Positions 1 through 11,838 of a stretch of DNA of 64,000 nt are shown here, in pieces (within the stretch, counting starts at the first letter, position 1; each line of letters starts with the position of its first letter). Position numbers and translations under genes: made by a program. Source of the DNA: Sporopachydermia quercuum (Eukaryota); NCBI GenBank assembly GCA_001599295.1, contig BCGN01000003.1, forward strand, positions 434,001 to 498,000, in the 5' to 3' direction. Below the pieces are notes generated by a model that saw only the letters and a program-made list of their open reading frames with translations, made no database searches and was not told the origin of the DNA.

Positions 1-939
1 GAAAATTTACCTCCTGTACACCAATACCCAAAAACTATGAAAAAACAGACTTGTTTGTATGAATATATACATACTTGAAAAAGAAAACACTATTTTCCAA
101 AGATGCACAACAGCAGTCAGGAACAATGATTCATCTTGCCAGGCATTAGTATAATTCGCTACAGAGAGGACAAGGTACACCTAAATTGATACGAATCTAT
201 TGAGGAAATGTCTATATGCACTAATTATAAATAACAAATGTAGAGATCATTCTCAGCCATGAGTTTGAACTTATAAGAAAGAAACGAAGCGGTATAACAG
301 CCTTCAATTTTGACACGTTCAACGTACTTTGAACTAGCATACACTTTATATCATTTATTGCTAAGATGACTGGAAGCATATCAACCAAGTAATCAAATAA
401 GTAGTCAACTAACCATTNGCTGGTACAAGTAGGCCTATGAAGAAAATTATACCACTAGTCAAAACACCGAGACTATAATATACCTGATGTACACAGAATT
501 ATGAACAACACTGTGAAGAGCTTTACATTATTCTTTAACATTTTTTAATCCTATCCAAGTAAGTACTAAATATATACAAAAGCCAAAGAATATTCAGCTT
601 ATAAGCAGAAATAAATTGTCCCTGCCTTATCAAAAACTTCCTAAATAGGAAAGAAAACGATAANCCAAAAGTCTGGGACAACCCGGTACAATACTGGGTA
701 GAAAGTAGAGTGAGACTTGAAAGTATAATGACCCAAAACAATATTATGGTTTAAGTACAAACAAAGTGAAGAGAGCTGGTTTTGATCTCTTCAAGCTCTC
801 TTCTCATATCCCATTAATTGCGTATTAGTATTGACTAGATTTATTGATTATAATTTATTTGTGAACTACATAGTAATGCCAGTATTATCTATCCACAATT
901 ATCCAACTGAGGAGGAGAGAATATGTATACACAAAACAA

Positions 940-3912
940 TTAGTTCACTAAAAATTGACGTCTATTCTCTTGATCTTCTTTCGCTTGACCACCACCTCTC
1001 AATGGTTTCACAATTCTTAAATTGAGACCAACTCTTGATACATGCCCACTTGAACCTGTTACAGGACCAATTGGAACGTTGTTTGACTGTGTGTCACTCA
1101 GGTAGTTATTTTCCATATGACCGTTTTCTTTAGTCTCATGGATTGATGATGACGATGATGTGATTGTCTGTGGCTTTGGTCTGCTGGAATAGAAATTGTT
1201 GAAAGATGAGTCATTAGGATTGGGACTTAAACTTTTGACTTCTTCCAGCTTAGCTCTTAATTCTTCAAGTTTTGCTTCTAGTGCTTGATTTTCTTTGAAG
1301 AAATGACGCTGCGATTCCATCAACATTNTATCTAAGGTTTTGATACGTTCATTGCGAGCGTCAAGGATGCGTTGTGATATTTGAATGTCTTTCTTTAGAG
1401 CAATATTTTGTTCATATAGTTGTTTCTGGACTTCACTTACTTGTTCCATATTTCTTTCCAACATCTTCATCTTCTTGTCATGTTTTTCCTTTAGGGCGTC
1501 TTTATCTCCATTACCATCCTTAGATTGATCTAGTGCAATTTCGAGCTCAACAATCTTTTCACACTTTTCTTGAACATCCTCTAGTAAACGTTCACGAATT
1601 GAGTCCTTTTCCTTAATTATAATCCCCAATTTAGCGATTTCCACATCTTTGTCTTCGCATTTCTTCTTTAAAGCGTCAATAGAGTTTTGAAATTCAGCTG
1701 TATCTCCTGAATTAGATAATAACTTGTAGTCCATTGACGATGAAGAAAGAATACCTTTCGAGCTGCCGTTTCGTTCCTTTTCTTCTTGTTCTTGTTTAGA
1801 TTTGAGTGTTTCCAATTGAGCTTTTAGCTGTCTTGACTCTTGAGCATTTTCGACTAATTCCTGAGCCAGTTGTTTCAGCCTATCAATCAGCTCAGCAACG
1901 TTCTCTTCAAACCCTTCAAAAGGTTTCAGTTCTTGTGATAAACTAGTGACATAATCAGCAGAACTCATATGAGATGCAAGTACAGAAGCTGAGATGTTGT
2001 TTTCTATGTACATACAGCAAGCTCCTGATTTATTCTTTAAGCTATCAGACACTCTAGGGTTACTGGATATAGAACTGGAAGTAGTTTGAGTTCTCACCTG
2101 TTCGTATTTATTCATAAGGTCATCATTCGAGATCTTTAGTTCTTTCGCTTCGTATTTCGATCTCTCAAGTTCCTGCTTTAACGCCTGTTGTGATGTACTA
2201 GAATCCAACTTTACTTGCTCTAATTCTTCTTGAACTTGACTAATTGTTGTTTCAAGTTCAATTATCGCTGTCTCTTTTTCGTTTAGACGACCCTGCAATT
2301 CAGTTTCACGCTCTAAAAACTCCTCTTCTAATTTCTCAGTTGTTTTGCATATCAGTTCCGCTATTTGAACATCATCACGAAGGGAACTTGTCATCGACAT
2401 CTGACGTTTTGTAGGTGTGCTATATTGCGCGGGAGTTCCAGCATTGCTGAGACGACCACCGGCGCGGGATGCTAGCGTGGGTATTCTTGATTGGGATTTA
2501 GGTGTTTCTACACTCGTTGAGCCTTGTCTAACGGACATTGATGGTCCAGGAGTAGTTGAATTTAGGCTACTGTTGAATTCTACCCAAGTAGAAGCATCAG
2601 GTGCTTTTCCGGTCCGCCATTTATCTAATTCGCCTTCTAGTTTACCTGCATACTCGTAGCAACTCTCCATTTGCAATTGATACAGTTGCAGTAGTTTCTT
2701 CAGTTCTGCAGCACTTAACTCCACATTAACCTTTGCTTTGTTCTTTATCTTCTTTGCTCTATTGCCAAACCTCAAAGTAGACAGTGTTTCATCTCCATTG
2801 TAAGATGCAGGCGAACAATTGATGATCAAACTAGTACGAGAGTTGCCACCTAATGATTCTTGCAGTATACGTGTTAGTTTCGAGTCTCGATAAGGAATAT
2901 GCTTTGATCTTCCATCCGTTAGAGAATTTATTACCATTCCTAGTGCTGATAGTGATCTGTTGATTTTCTTTGCTTCTTCGAGTGTTTGTCCTGATGCCCC
3001 AGTCTTGCCCACTTTTTCTGAGCCAGCCAGATCAACTAAAAACAGCGTTCCTGATTTTGAGGATCCTGCAATCACGTTCTTTTGGTGGACTTGCAATTGG
3101 AAGATGGAATGAGACCGTGAAGATTCCTTATTCATCTTAGTAGAAGAAACAGCACGCGCCATNGTTCCTTGACGCATGACGTCGAAAACCTCAGAAACAC
3201 TAGCAACGTATACTTCTGTTAGCCCTTTAACGTGGATGCCGTGTGCTTTGTCTTCATGAATAGGTAAATTATCGTTCGATACTCTCAAGAGATCTTTGAT
3301 TCTTTCCATATAAATTTCCATATAGCTTACCGACACAATATATTCCATGTCAGATGAGCTTTTAGAGATGGCTTCAAATAGGAGTTCAACAATTCTTGGA
3401 ATTATACCACGGGTTGCTTCATCGTCAATATCAGGTCCCATCATTGTATACGATTTACCACTACCAGTCTGCCCATAAGCAAACACTGTACCATTATAGC
3501 CATTAAGAAGATCATCTACTGTTTGACGGATTGAATACTCAAAGACCTCTTCCTGTTTAGAATCCATACCGAAAACTCTGTCAAAAGTGAACGTGCCTTG
3601 GAATTCTGGCGTGTTTATTTCGCAAGTGTCCTCTGACAATATTTGTACTATGGTTTCACCTCCTTTAGTTTTCTCCAGCTCACTTTCAGGTCTGAAACGA
3701 ACGATCACTTTTACTTCATTGCCATTACTACTGCCATTTGTTAGAGTAGGAGAACCAGGGCTTGAGTATTCGTAACCGTTTAACGATGAGAAACTGCTGT
3801 CGAAATTAGCTAGAGGTGATTCCGGTACTGACGAAGTTGAGGACACTGAGGATAGCAATGACGCGGATGATCCATTCCTAACATTGTGCTTAGGCGTGCC
3901 ATATGTTGACAT
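940..3912 (-). CDS. SMY1: Kinesin-1 (conventional kinesin heavy chain), syntenic with S. cerevisiae SMY1
   Basis: 990 aa. The N-terminal motor domain has [10 protein letters not shown] (P-loop), [16 protein letters not shown] and [10 protein letters not shown], followed by a long coiled coil and the fungal kinesin-1 tail motif RIVKPLRGG. The symbol rests on adjacency to VMA5 and RRP14. Confidence 0.93.
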   Translation of the reverse strand: MSTYGTPKHNVRNGSSASLLSSVSSTSSVPESPLANFDSSFSSLNGYEYSSPGSPTLTNGSSNGNEVKVIVRFRPESELEKTKGGETIVQILSEDTCEINTPEFQGTFTFDRVFGMDSKQEEVFEYSIRQTVDDLLNGYNGTVFAYGQTGSGKSYTMMGPDIDDEATRGIIPRIVELLFEAISKSSSDMEYIVSVSYMEIYMERIKDLLRVSNDNLPIHEDKAHGIHVKGLTEVYVASVSEVFDVMRQGXMARAVSSTKMNKESSRSHSIFQLQVHQKNVIAGSSKSGTLFLVDLAGSEKVGKTGASGQTLEEAKKINRSLSALGMVINSLTDGRSKHIPYRDSKLTRILQESLGGNSRTSLIINCSPASYNGDETLSTLRFGNRAKKIKNKAKVNVELSAAELKKLLQLYQLQMESCYEYAGKLEGELDKWRTGKAPDASTWVEFNSSLNSTTPGPSMSVRQGSTSVETPKSQSRIPTLASRAGGRLSNAGTPAQYSTPTKRQMSMTSSLRDDVQIAELICKTTEKLEEEFLERETELQGRLNEKETAIIELETTISQVQEELEQVKLDSSTSQQALKQELERSKYEAKELKISNDDLMNKYEQVRTQTTSSSISSNPRVSDSLKNKSGACCMYIENNISASVLASHMSSADYVTSLSQELKPFEGFEENVAELIDRLKQLAQELVENAQESRQLKAQLETLKSKQEQEEKERNGSSKGILSSSSMDYKLLSNSGDTAEFQNSIDALKKKCEDKDVEIAKLGIIIKEKDSIRERLLEDVQEKCEKIVELEIALDQSKDGNGDKDALKEKHDKKMKMLERNMEQVSEVQKQLYEQNIALKKDIQISQRILDARNERIKTLDXMLMESQRHFFKENQALEAKLEELRAKLEEVKSLSPNPNDSSFNNFYSSRPKPQTITSSSSSIHETKENGHMENNYLSDTQSNNVPIGPVTGSSGHVSRVGLNLRIVKPLRGGGQAKEDQENRRQFLVN

Positions 3913-4841
3913 GATGCTTAGATATGATGAATTTAGCTGATGACGAGGGAATGCTTTAAATAAACACTGAGGTGAAAGTTGTGATCAGAAATGCTGATAA
4001 TAATAAAAATACAAAGACAACGAAGCAATCAGCAGGGATCACGATCCGATTCTGTAGGCATATACTTCTAAACCAAAGGCCAAAACAACAACAACAACAA
4101 CCAATTGCAAGTGAATATATTTCTCTTAAAACGCGACTANGTCTTTTATAGTAATTAGTTTCTCTCCTGTCTTCTTGTTGTGTTGCAAAGATGCTCAGCC
4201 CTATCTAACACCATCGAGATGCTCTCATACCTCGTCACTTTAGAAGTCTGATGGATACCGCAATAGTATACAACAGGAAATGACAAATCCTCCAGCTGAG
4301 AGTGATATGCTCAATTATGATGTTTCCAAATTGTTGTGTGTTCTTTCCAACGACCAAAGATTAATCGGCAATGAAAATCAAGTCGCGTCTTTGTTGTTTC
4401 TTTGTTCGTCTTCTCTATGGATCAGTTTTCACCAATAATTAGATCGCAAATCAAAACTTTAGAGAAATCTACGCTCCTTATGAGAACAATTAGGACGCGG
4501 TTATACAAGCGACTTTCCAAAGCTATCTTATTTGTTTCTCTTCTTTAGTTCTTCTTTTCATCTCTTTTCTAAACACTGTAGATCTTCCATACTTCCTTCC
4601 AGTAATTAGTACACATCATCAAGGCCTTCCAATTGCTGATCAAATGAAAGAGTAAGGACAAGTATAGTTAAAATTACAATAGGGTTTCATTGGTTCCAGT
4701 TAACCTTTTTGGGAAGAAAGCATTAGGTATAGTTACCCATTTTGGAAGAGGTAAGATCTTACACTTATATTNATATATTTATATATGTACGTACAAATAA
4801 CAGTAAAGAAAAGTCAAATGATAACTTTATAAATACATTAT

Positions 4842-5155
4842 TGTGGAGTTCTATCATTCAGGTGAGAAGATGAGATGTGCAGGAAGTTACATCAAATACA
4901 TTTATAATTTACACTTGTAACTAATTCAAAAATGCAAGAGTGGTAGGTGGGATTCGGTATGAGGGTAAAACAGAGATTATGGAACCAAATAGAAACCTGT
5001 TAGCTGATTTAGATATGTAAAGTATAGAATACATAGTAGTAATAGAAATGATTTTTATAGTACAGATATAGGAAGAACATAAATATAGAGGAAGTAGAAG
5101 GGAAATGAGGATTCTTAAGAAAGGTAAGAAGGATAGGATGAGTAGTCCAACCACA
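4842..5155. mobile_element. Candidate solo LTR (~314 bp)
   Basis: Starts TGTGG and ends CCACA (TG...CA with a 5-bp terminal inverted repeat), has a strongly purine-skewed interior and TATAAAA on the minus strand. ATTAT flanks both sides (4837-4841 and 5157-5161) but is offset by one base on the right. Confidence 0.4.
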
Positions 5156-5473
5156 TATTATTGTTGTGCTTCAACCATGATATTCTAAATAACAGGAAAG
5201 AAAGAAGACAAGTGNACAAAATAGAAAGTGACAAAGTTGCTATCAAATGGTTTGGAATTATTCCTCCATAGCTTTAAATACTTGGGTTCTAGATACTCAT
5301 TCATACAACATCTCCACATAGTAATAAGTACTACTTATTGTACTTTGAACTATTATGGGCAGCCCCTTGTGATTATTACATTTGCTTCCTGTTAATTGAG
5401 GACTAATACTTAGTTAGTTATGAAATTATATTACTCTTTTTGAACTTCTAGACGTTATATGTTTCGAATAAGT

Positions 5474-5579
5474 TGGAGTCGAATCGATATATATTGCTGG
5501 TATGAATACAAATTTTTACAACTGGAGTCGTATCGACTCGACTAATATGTCAAAATAATCATAAATGGAGTCGATCCGA
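5474..5579 (+). repeat. Three dispersed copies of TGGAGTCGnnnCGA
   Basis: Copies at 5474-5487, 5523-5536 and 5566-5579. The middle copy extends into the palindrome GAGTCG-tat-CGACTC. Confidence 0.75.
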
Positions 5580-5792
5580 TATTGTTGGAATATGTATACG
5601 TATACCTGAATAGGACAATACCCAATAATAAACTCCACCATAAACCTCATTTTTGATAAATTATTCAAAACTGTATTTTTAACTATTGATTACTAGAGGT
5701 TATTGTTAATATGTTGAAGTATGAAATGGCATATTAGACAACGCAAAACTAAACGAGGNCATACTAGACAGCGACAATCGTAAACTGGCACA

Positions 5793-5812
5793 TATATATA
5801 TATATATATATA
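5793..5812. repeat. (TA)10 microsatellite
   Basis: Directly visible. Confidence 0.9.
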
Positions 5813-7465
5813 AAAGAGCATGTTTGAAACTTATAAGCCATCAATTCTATATCAATAGGAGGATTTCCAATATTTAGGATAATTCACTATTTAACAAACT
5901 TCAGATGCTTCTATAACAAATGAACAAAGTATGTAATCGTCAAATTGCATATTTACCTTACATTAAGGTTTTGCTTCATGGAATCAATCGCAGTTTCATT
6001 GTCTAGTCAAACGAAGAAATAAAAACAAAAGAAGCAATTCTGACTATCGAACAAATAGTAGACTTACAGGAGTAGCAGCTACCTTTGACACAGTAAGTGA
6101 AGNTAGAATCACGATGGAAATACGCGAGAAAGAAAACAATATGACGCAAGCAAAACCGCGAGGTTGTAGGATATCAGTGGATTGATGTGTATATGAATGA
6201 AATATCAGTATCAGAGTATTGTGATGGAAGTTAAGAAATCCCTGAACAATTGGGGATCAATCTTCCATTGATACTATTACTTCAAATCGCTGTATGCATG
6301 GAAATACAGAACTATGTAGCAAATCCGATAGTCAACCGACCATAATTGAGTTTGGAATTTGACTTCAGAATGCAAGATATAGAAATAAGTCAATTTTGAC
6401 ATAGGAAGGGAAAGCTCTCATCATCATCCAAATCACCAATTATCACAAGCATTGCCAGAAAACAGTACTACCAATACGATTCTCATACAAATAAAAGTTG
6501 ATAGTAACAAATCATAGTAGTATAAAGGAATCATGATAGATAGTCGTCGTGGATAATACATATAAATTTGAAACAAAGTATTGATCGTATATGAGTAGTT
6601 GAAACAAGACCCTTGATTCTAATACAATTTCTGGAAGCTTCACAGAACTAATAAGTGAACGAATTATAAAAGAAATTGAAATCTTAAAATGGCAGCAGCC
6701 AGCTTTATTCATTCATATTTGAAGGAAGGGGAATAAGAGTCTGAAAAGGATCTACAATCTTCTTACAGGGTAAATCAAGCAAGGATCTGACAAAGTATAG
6801 CTATTCCAGTAAGGACAATAATGCAATTAAAAGCTGGAACTGGAACATAGAAATTGTATCAAAAGTCTATTGTGGAATCTACTTTACTTAATATTGATTC
6901 TCAACTAATTGGATATGATTCTGCAATATAAAGATTGACATAATGGTAATTAATATGTCAGTATTAATGTAGGCAACTAAGCAGAATATCACACTACAAT
7001 GGAAGGTAGTTTTCGATATCGCATTTATGATTTTCATTTTTAGCGGAAGATGACATTTCTTACCTTTTCATTATTAGCTCTCACTAGAGCTAGTACAAGG
7101 TCTACTCAGAACTCATAATGGAATGAAATGTCCCTTTAGCTATTATATAAGCCACCTTATAGGTAGTTTGATCTGATCTGGTCAAAGATTAGTAAAACCA
7201 GGCGTTGATATCGATAATGACAGTGGTAGGAAATAAGAGTATACTCGATAATAGCTGATGGACAAAATTGATAACTCAGTTATTATCCAACAAGAAGCGG
7301 AACACTACTATGCACTTTACCATACATACAACTAACGTTCTAGGTCCTACAAAACGCCAATATACAATGAACAAAAAACGAGTAAACAAGAATAACAAAT
7401 GCATTCAACATCTTGAACCTCGAACTAACCATTAACTTTTAATTAACATATTAACACCTAACACT

Positions 7466-8656
7466 TTAAAGAACCTCAACTTGGTAGATGACATATGGTT
7501 CATAGTCACTATCAGCCAAACTACCATACTCTCCTAAATTTGTGTCCTTTAGAATTCTTCCCTTGTTATCAGTATTGAAAGCATTTCCACCTAAATAACT
7601 GAATTCCTTAAACAACAGCTCTTTGATCTTCTTAGTGGCTTTTTCACTACCAGGTTCTACAACCAGTGAAACGAATGTGGGCGGCAGACCATATCTCAGA
7701 ACACTTTCGACAAATACTCTAATTGCCTTAATATGAAACCATGTTTGATAGATTTCTGAGTATGCAGTCTTGGCTAATCGCAATACTTCACCTCTTAGTT
7801 TATGTTCAGTTCCTAAAGCTACTTCTTTCTCTTTCTTCATATCTTCAATATCCTTTTCCGAGTACTTAAAGTCCCTAGGAGTCCATTTTGCTTCTCTTGC
7901 CTTATGAACAAATTCCGCTGCGTATTTCTTGAACAGAGTAACGTTATACAAAATGTACTCGGAATCAGTTGCAATTTCTTTGGCTGAACGAGGAACAACC
8001 ATGGGAACTAATGTTTCATACGTGTCTAAGAATTCCTTGCCCGAAGTCTTGGGAACAGCAACTAACACTGTTTCTAAGTATTCTGAGTTCAAAACAAAAT
8101 CATCTGGTTTTACAACATCATGAAGCGATTTCACAGAAAGGTTTCCTGACTCTTTTCTATCAACAGCAGCTAAGTTGGATTTAGCAGCGTTGTAATTACC
8201 GTATAATGTTCTTAATTCTGAGTCTAAGGTGAGAGCTTCTTTGGAGATAACAGCAATCAGCTCTCCAATATTCTTGTCTAATCGATATTTACCCTCGTTC
8301 CATGAGAACCCTTTGATGTAATTTTCCACTGACATATTGTCGACCTTTCTAGCTGCAGCATAAGCAGCTTTACTCAATTGTCCATCTTTGTCAGAAAAGA
8401 TAGTATGTAAGATTTCCGATAACTTAGAAACAATACCTGAGAATTGTCCATCTACCTTATGTAGTTCTTCAGATTCTTGTACCAAATTATCTAGAGTACC
8501 AATTTTGAATAATGGGACCTTAAAAAGCTTAACCGAGTTTGACGAAACTCCTGCTTTAGTGTTGAACCAATTAATCAATGTGGTGTCTGGAGGTCCTCCT
8601 GCTGGAGCTGCTGTAGGTGGTAATGATACCAGTAAAAACTCAGTGCTTTCAGACAT
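7466..8656 (-). CDS. VMA5: V-ATPase V1 subunit C
   Basis: Motifs FKIGTLDNLV, GNLSVKSLHD, SEYLETVLVAVPK and HIKAIRVFVESVLRYGLPP. The start is placed at ATG 8656 because the upstream ATG at 8722 lies inside a predicted 5'-UTR intron. Confidence 0.95.
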   Translation of the reverse strand: MSESTEFLLVSLPPTAAPAGGPPDTTLINWFNTKAGVSSNSVKLFKVPLFKIGTLDNLVQESEELHKVDGQFSGIVSKLSEILHTIFSDKDGQLSKAAYAAARKVDNMSVENYIKGFSWNEGKYRLDKNIGELIAVISKEALTLDSELRTLYGNYNAAKSNLAAVDRKESGNLSVKSLHDVVKPDDFVLNSEYLETVLVAVPKTSGKEFLDTYETLVPMVVPRSAKEIATDSEYILYNVTLFKKYAAEFVHKAREAKWTPRDFKYSEKDIEDMKKEKEVALGTEHKLRGEVLRLAKTAYSEIYQTWFHIKAIRVFVESVLRYGLPPTFVSLVVEPGSEKATKKIKELLFKEFSYLGGNAFNTDNKGRILKDTNLGEYGSLADSDYEPYVIYQVEVL

Positions 8657-8693
8657 ATTTATACAGCTTTCTTTCTTTTCTAGCAATTTCCTC

Positions 8694-8823
8694 CTAAGAG
8701 ATTGGCAAATGTTAGAAATCATAGATTATTCAGATCGTCTACTAATTGCATCATCAATTGACTAGGACCCAGACAGTTGCTCCTTCACCATCGTCATCGT
8801 CGAACATAATGACACATACTTAC
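8694..8823 (-). other. Predicted 5'-UTR intron of VMA5
   Basis: Minus strand: GTAAGTATGT donor at 8823 (alternative GTATGT at 8819), branch TTCTAAC at 8717-8711 and TAG acceptor ending at 8694, 38 nt before the ATG. Confidence 0.65.
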
Positions 8824-9101
8824 TACTCTATCAATTGAAACTAATGTATATTAACAAATCGATTAAACCCTGCAAATTCATCAATTTCAGTATTTGAATG
8901 ATTCATTCAGTTCTCCGCTCCTTATTATTTTATAGCTACTCTGCTCTTAATCCAATCCTATGATCCTACCTCTCAAGCCGTCAGGGACGTACACAGTTCC
9001 CATCTTCCACTTTCTTTATGATTGTGAAGGCTGCTGCAACCTTCAGTGATTATTTATTTATTACATAATCAGAAATAATTTCTAGCTTTGAACTACTTAG
9101 G

Positions 9102-9195
9102 CCGGGTAAGTTTATTTCTGTCTCATCATAGGTTATACGGTCAGAAACAGACAATTATTTCACGTGATGCATTTCTCATAGAAACGAAATTTTTT
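9102..9195. promoter_or_regulatory. Ribosome-biogenesis-type promoter elements upstream of RRP14
   Basis: Reb1-type CCGGGTAA at 9102-9109, PAC-like GATGAG (minus strand) at 9122-9127, CACGTG at 9161-9166 and RRPE-like GAAATTTTTT at 9186-9195. Confidence 0.55.
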
Positions 9196-9380
9196 GTCTT
9201 ACTATCAGAAAAGTGAAATTTACCGAGAGAATTACATTACTTGTCTATCAGTGAATAACAGCAGATAGAATGATTTGGTGAATGAAATAGAAGTGTTTAC
9301 TTGGAAAATCTGTAATTTTCACTGAAAAAAGTATCAGGGCTTGTATAGGTTTACTGCTAAAGACATTAATATCATCATTC

Positions 9381-10935
9381 ATGTCAGGAAACTCATTAGA
9401 GGTAAATACTCATGATTTGAAAGGTTTTTCCTTTTCTCTTTATATATCAACAGAATAAGCGATTTCTAACAATAATTTTTTTTCTTTTCTTATAGGAGAG
9501 ACTCAAGACTCACTCAAGGGCCTTTTCTGGTCTGCTATCTCTAATCCCAGCCGAATATTATTATGGCAAAGAAGATGATGGAGAAAATTGGCATAAGAAG
9601 TCTAGCAAAGATCAAAAGAAAGCAGGAAGAAGACTAAAGTTTGATCCTAACAATGATGACGTGAAAGGTAAAGTAGCAGCAACAGTTCAAGAAGAGAGAC
9701 AAAAAAATGCTAAAAAAGTGTCTATTCCTACAGTTGAGAAGGTTAAGGCCAAAATGAATAGTAACAAGGAAGGCAATGGGACAGTTCAAGACTCAGAAGA
9801 AGCTGATTTGGATCCAACATCTGAATCTGAATCTGAAGCTGAAGCTAAAAGTGATCCTGGAGATGAATCTGATGAGTTAAATGAAAATTCAGATGCTACA
9901 TCCGGTACGGAGTTGACTGAACTAACAGATAATAACCTCAATAGTACTAATATCTCTAGAACAACAGACGACGATTTCAACCTCTCCGACGGATTAGATA
10001 TAATATTTGATGATGCTGGGAACGAAATTTCTAAAGAAACTCCTGAACAACGGGAAAGAGCTCTCAAAGAAAAGCCGAAGAACTCTAAAAATTCTGAAGA
10101 AGTACCTTTAGAAAAGAAACAACATCAAGCTCAATTAAGGTCAAAATTATTAGCTAAGATTCAAATGTTGAAAGAGAAAAGAAAAGCCCCGGGAACCAAT
10201 GTTAGTGGAGCACCTGTTAGTAGGGAAGAAATGTTACAAGCAAGAAAGAAACATTTAGAAGCAAAGTCTCTAAAACGTAAACGTGAACGAGAAAATGGTA
10301 ATAAAGAAGAAGACGATGACGTGAGTGATGGTACTGACGCAAGCGATAGTGATGCAAGCGATCTAGAAGAGTTAGAGAATTCCAGTAATATTATGTTCAG
10401 TAATATTGCATTTAACGATGAATCAAAAGCAGATTTAGCCACCACCTCAATTAAAAAGAAGACAGTCACGAAAGGCCCTAGTAAGTCAGATATCAAATCA
10501 CAGTTAGCACACTTGGAGGCTAAGAAGAAGAAGTTGGGGGCATTGGATGAGGAAAAGAAAAGCAAGATAGAAGAAAAAGAAACATGGAAAAATGCATTAT
10601 TAAAAGCTGAAGGAGAAGTCAAAATACGTAATAACGAGAAACTTCTGAAGAAATCATTGAGAAGACAACAACAGAAGAAAAACAAGAGTGAGAGAGAATG
10701 GAATGAACGTAAAGAGACGGTCGAGAAAAACAAACAAATGAAAATTAAGAAACGTGAAGAAAATATTGCAATTCATAAAGAACTAAAAGGTGTGAAAGGT
10801 AAAAAAGCGAACAGACTGAGAATTGCTCTTAGACAGCAAATGCGTATTAATACTGGCAGTGGAGGCAATTCTAGTGGACCTAAAAGAGCAGGTTTTGAGG
10901 GAAGGATCAAAAGTAATAAGAAACAGAAAAAATAA
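9381..10935 (+). CDS. RRP14: Ribosome biogenesis protein Rrp14 (SURF6 family), 2 exons
   Basis: Exons 9381-9401 and 9496-10935; intron GTAAAT...TTCTAAC...TAG. The spliced N-terminus MSGNSLE|ERLKTHSRAFSGLLSLIPAEYYY matches Rrp14, and the SURF6 C-terminus is KSEREWNER...KRAGFEG. Confidence 0.92.
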
Positions 10936-11838
10936 TCCAAAAGATGGGTCATATTCCTGGCTTATTTTGATAGATTTTTGTTGTTTGTGTTAATAGTATA
11001 TAATGGGCGTTTTTCTGTTTTCTGTTTTCTGTTTTCATCTTTCATTAGTGTTAATAATGTTTAATACAAGATGTTATACTATACATGGTGATTTATGGAA
11101 GTAGACCTGAAGTAAGGTAGATAATGATTTTCTAAGTGACTGAAATATTTGTTTACCTTTCTTATCAGATGAATGTTTAATTTGAATGTACCGTTATTTA
11201 TTTTATAAATAGTGATGATGAGGCTCTCTTTTTGCAATAGAGGAATTATGGAGAAACGGTCCTTGAGAGCATTCTTTTCTGGTGAAAGCCCTATTTTGTA
11301 TTTCAAAAAATTCTTCCTAGAGCTTAAAAATATGACTTCCATGCCTCAACAGTTTCACTGTAGATATAAAGGAAATTTACATTCGAGTAACTCTTGATTA
11401 ATTATTTATATTAATAATTATTATTAATTTCCTAACTCTTTCTAGACATTGAATGGAAACCTCATTATATTATTAACTGTAAGAAACCTTAATTCATTCA
11501 AGGTTCACAGTTTGAACCTTAATATAATATCTTCTCCGCTATTCTTTCTCTCAATCATATCCTTACCCAATATGAGACACAATGATTTCTCCGTAATACT
11601 AAAATTTCCTCTCTGTGTGATGCTTTTCATCCGCTTCTGTTCCATTAGAGCAGAATTGATTATTTAACGATGCTCCGCATTTAATATTAAAATGCTACAT
11701 TCTCCTCTGTTGAACCATACTTATTTGCTTACTGTATAGATCTAATTGACCGGATTTCCCCTTCATCAAAGTAATAATATTACTGGTCTTCGTACAATTA
11801 TGTACCTCTGAATGATATGATATGAATGGCAAAAATCT

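Noticed and set aside
3020..3050. Possible CUG codon reassignment (CUG-Ser or CUG-Ala yeasts)
   Set aside because: CTG encodes conserved Leu in kinesin [12 protein letters not shown] and Ypt1 CLLLRF, so the standard code fits.
5583..7292. TGTTGGAATA (Ty1 delta-like start) at 5583 and TCCAACA at 7286-7292 as the ends of one element
   Set aside because: Only 7 bp match, there is no target-site duplication, and the 1.7-kb span fits neither a solo LTR nor a full element.
8388..10733. Antisense ORFs (8388-8765, 9786-10067, 10161-10733 and similar ones over other genes)
   Set aside because: They are shadows of real genes on the opposite strand, favoured by low-complexity codon use, with no recognisable motifs.
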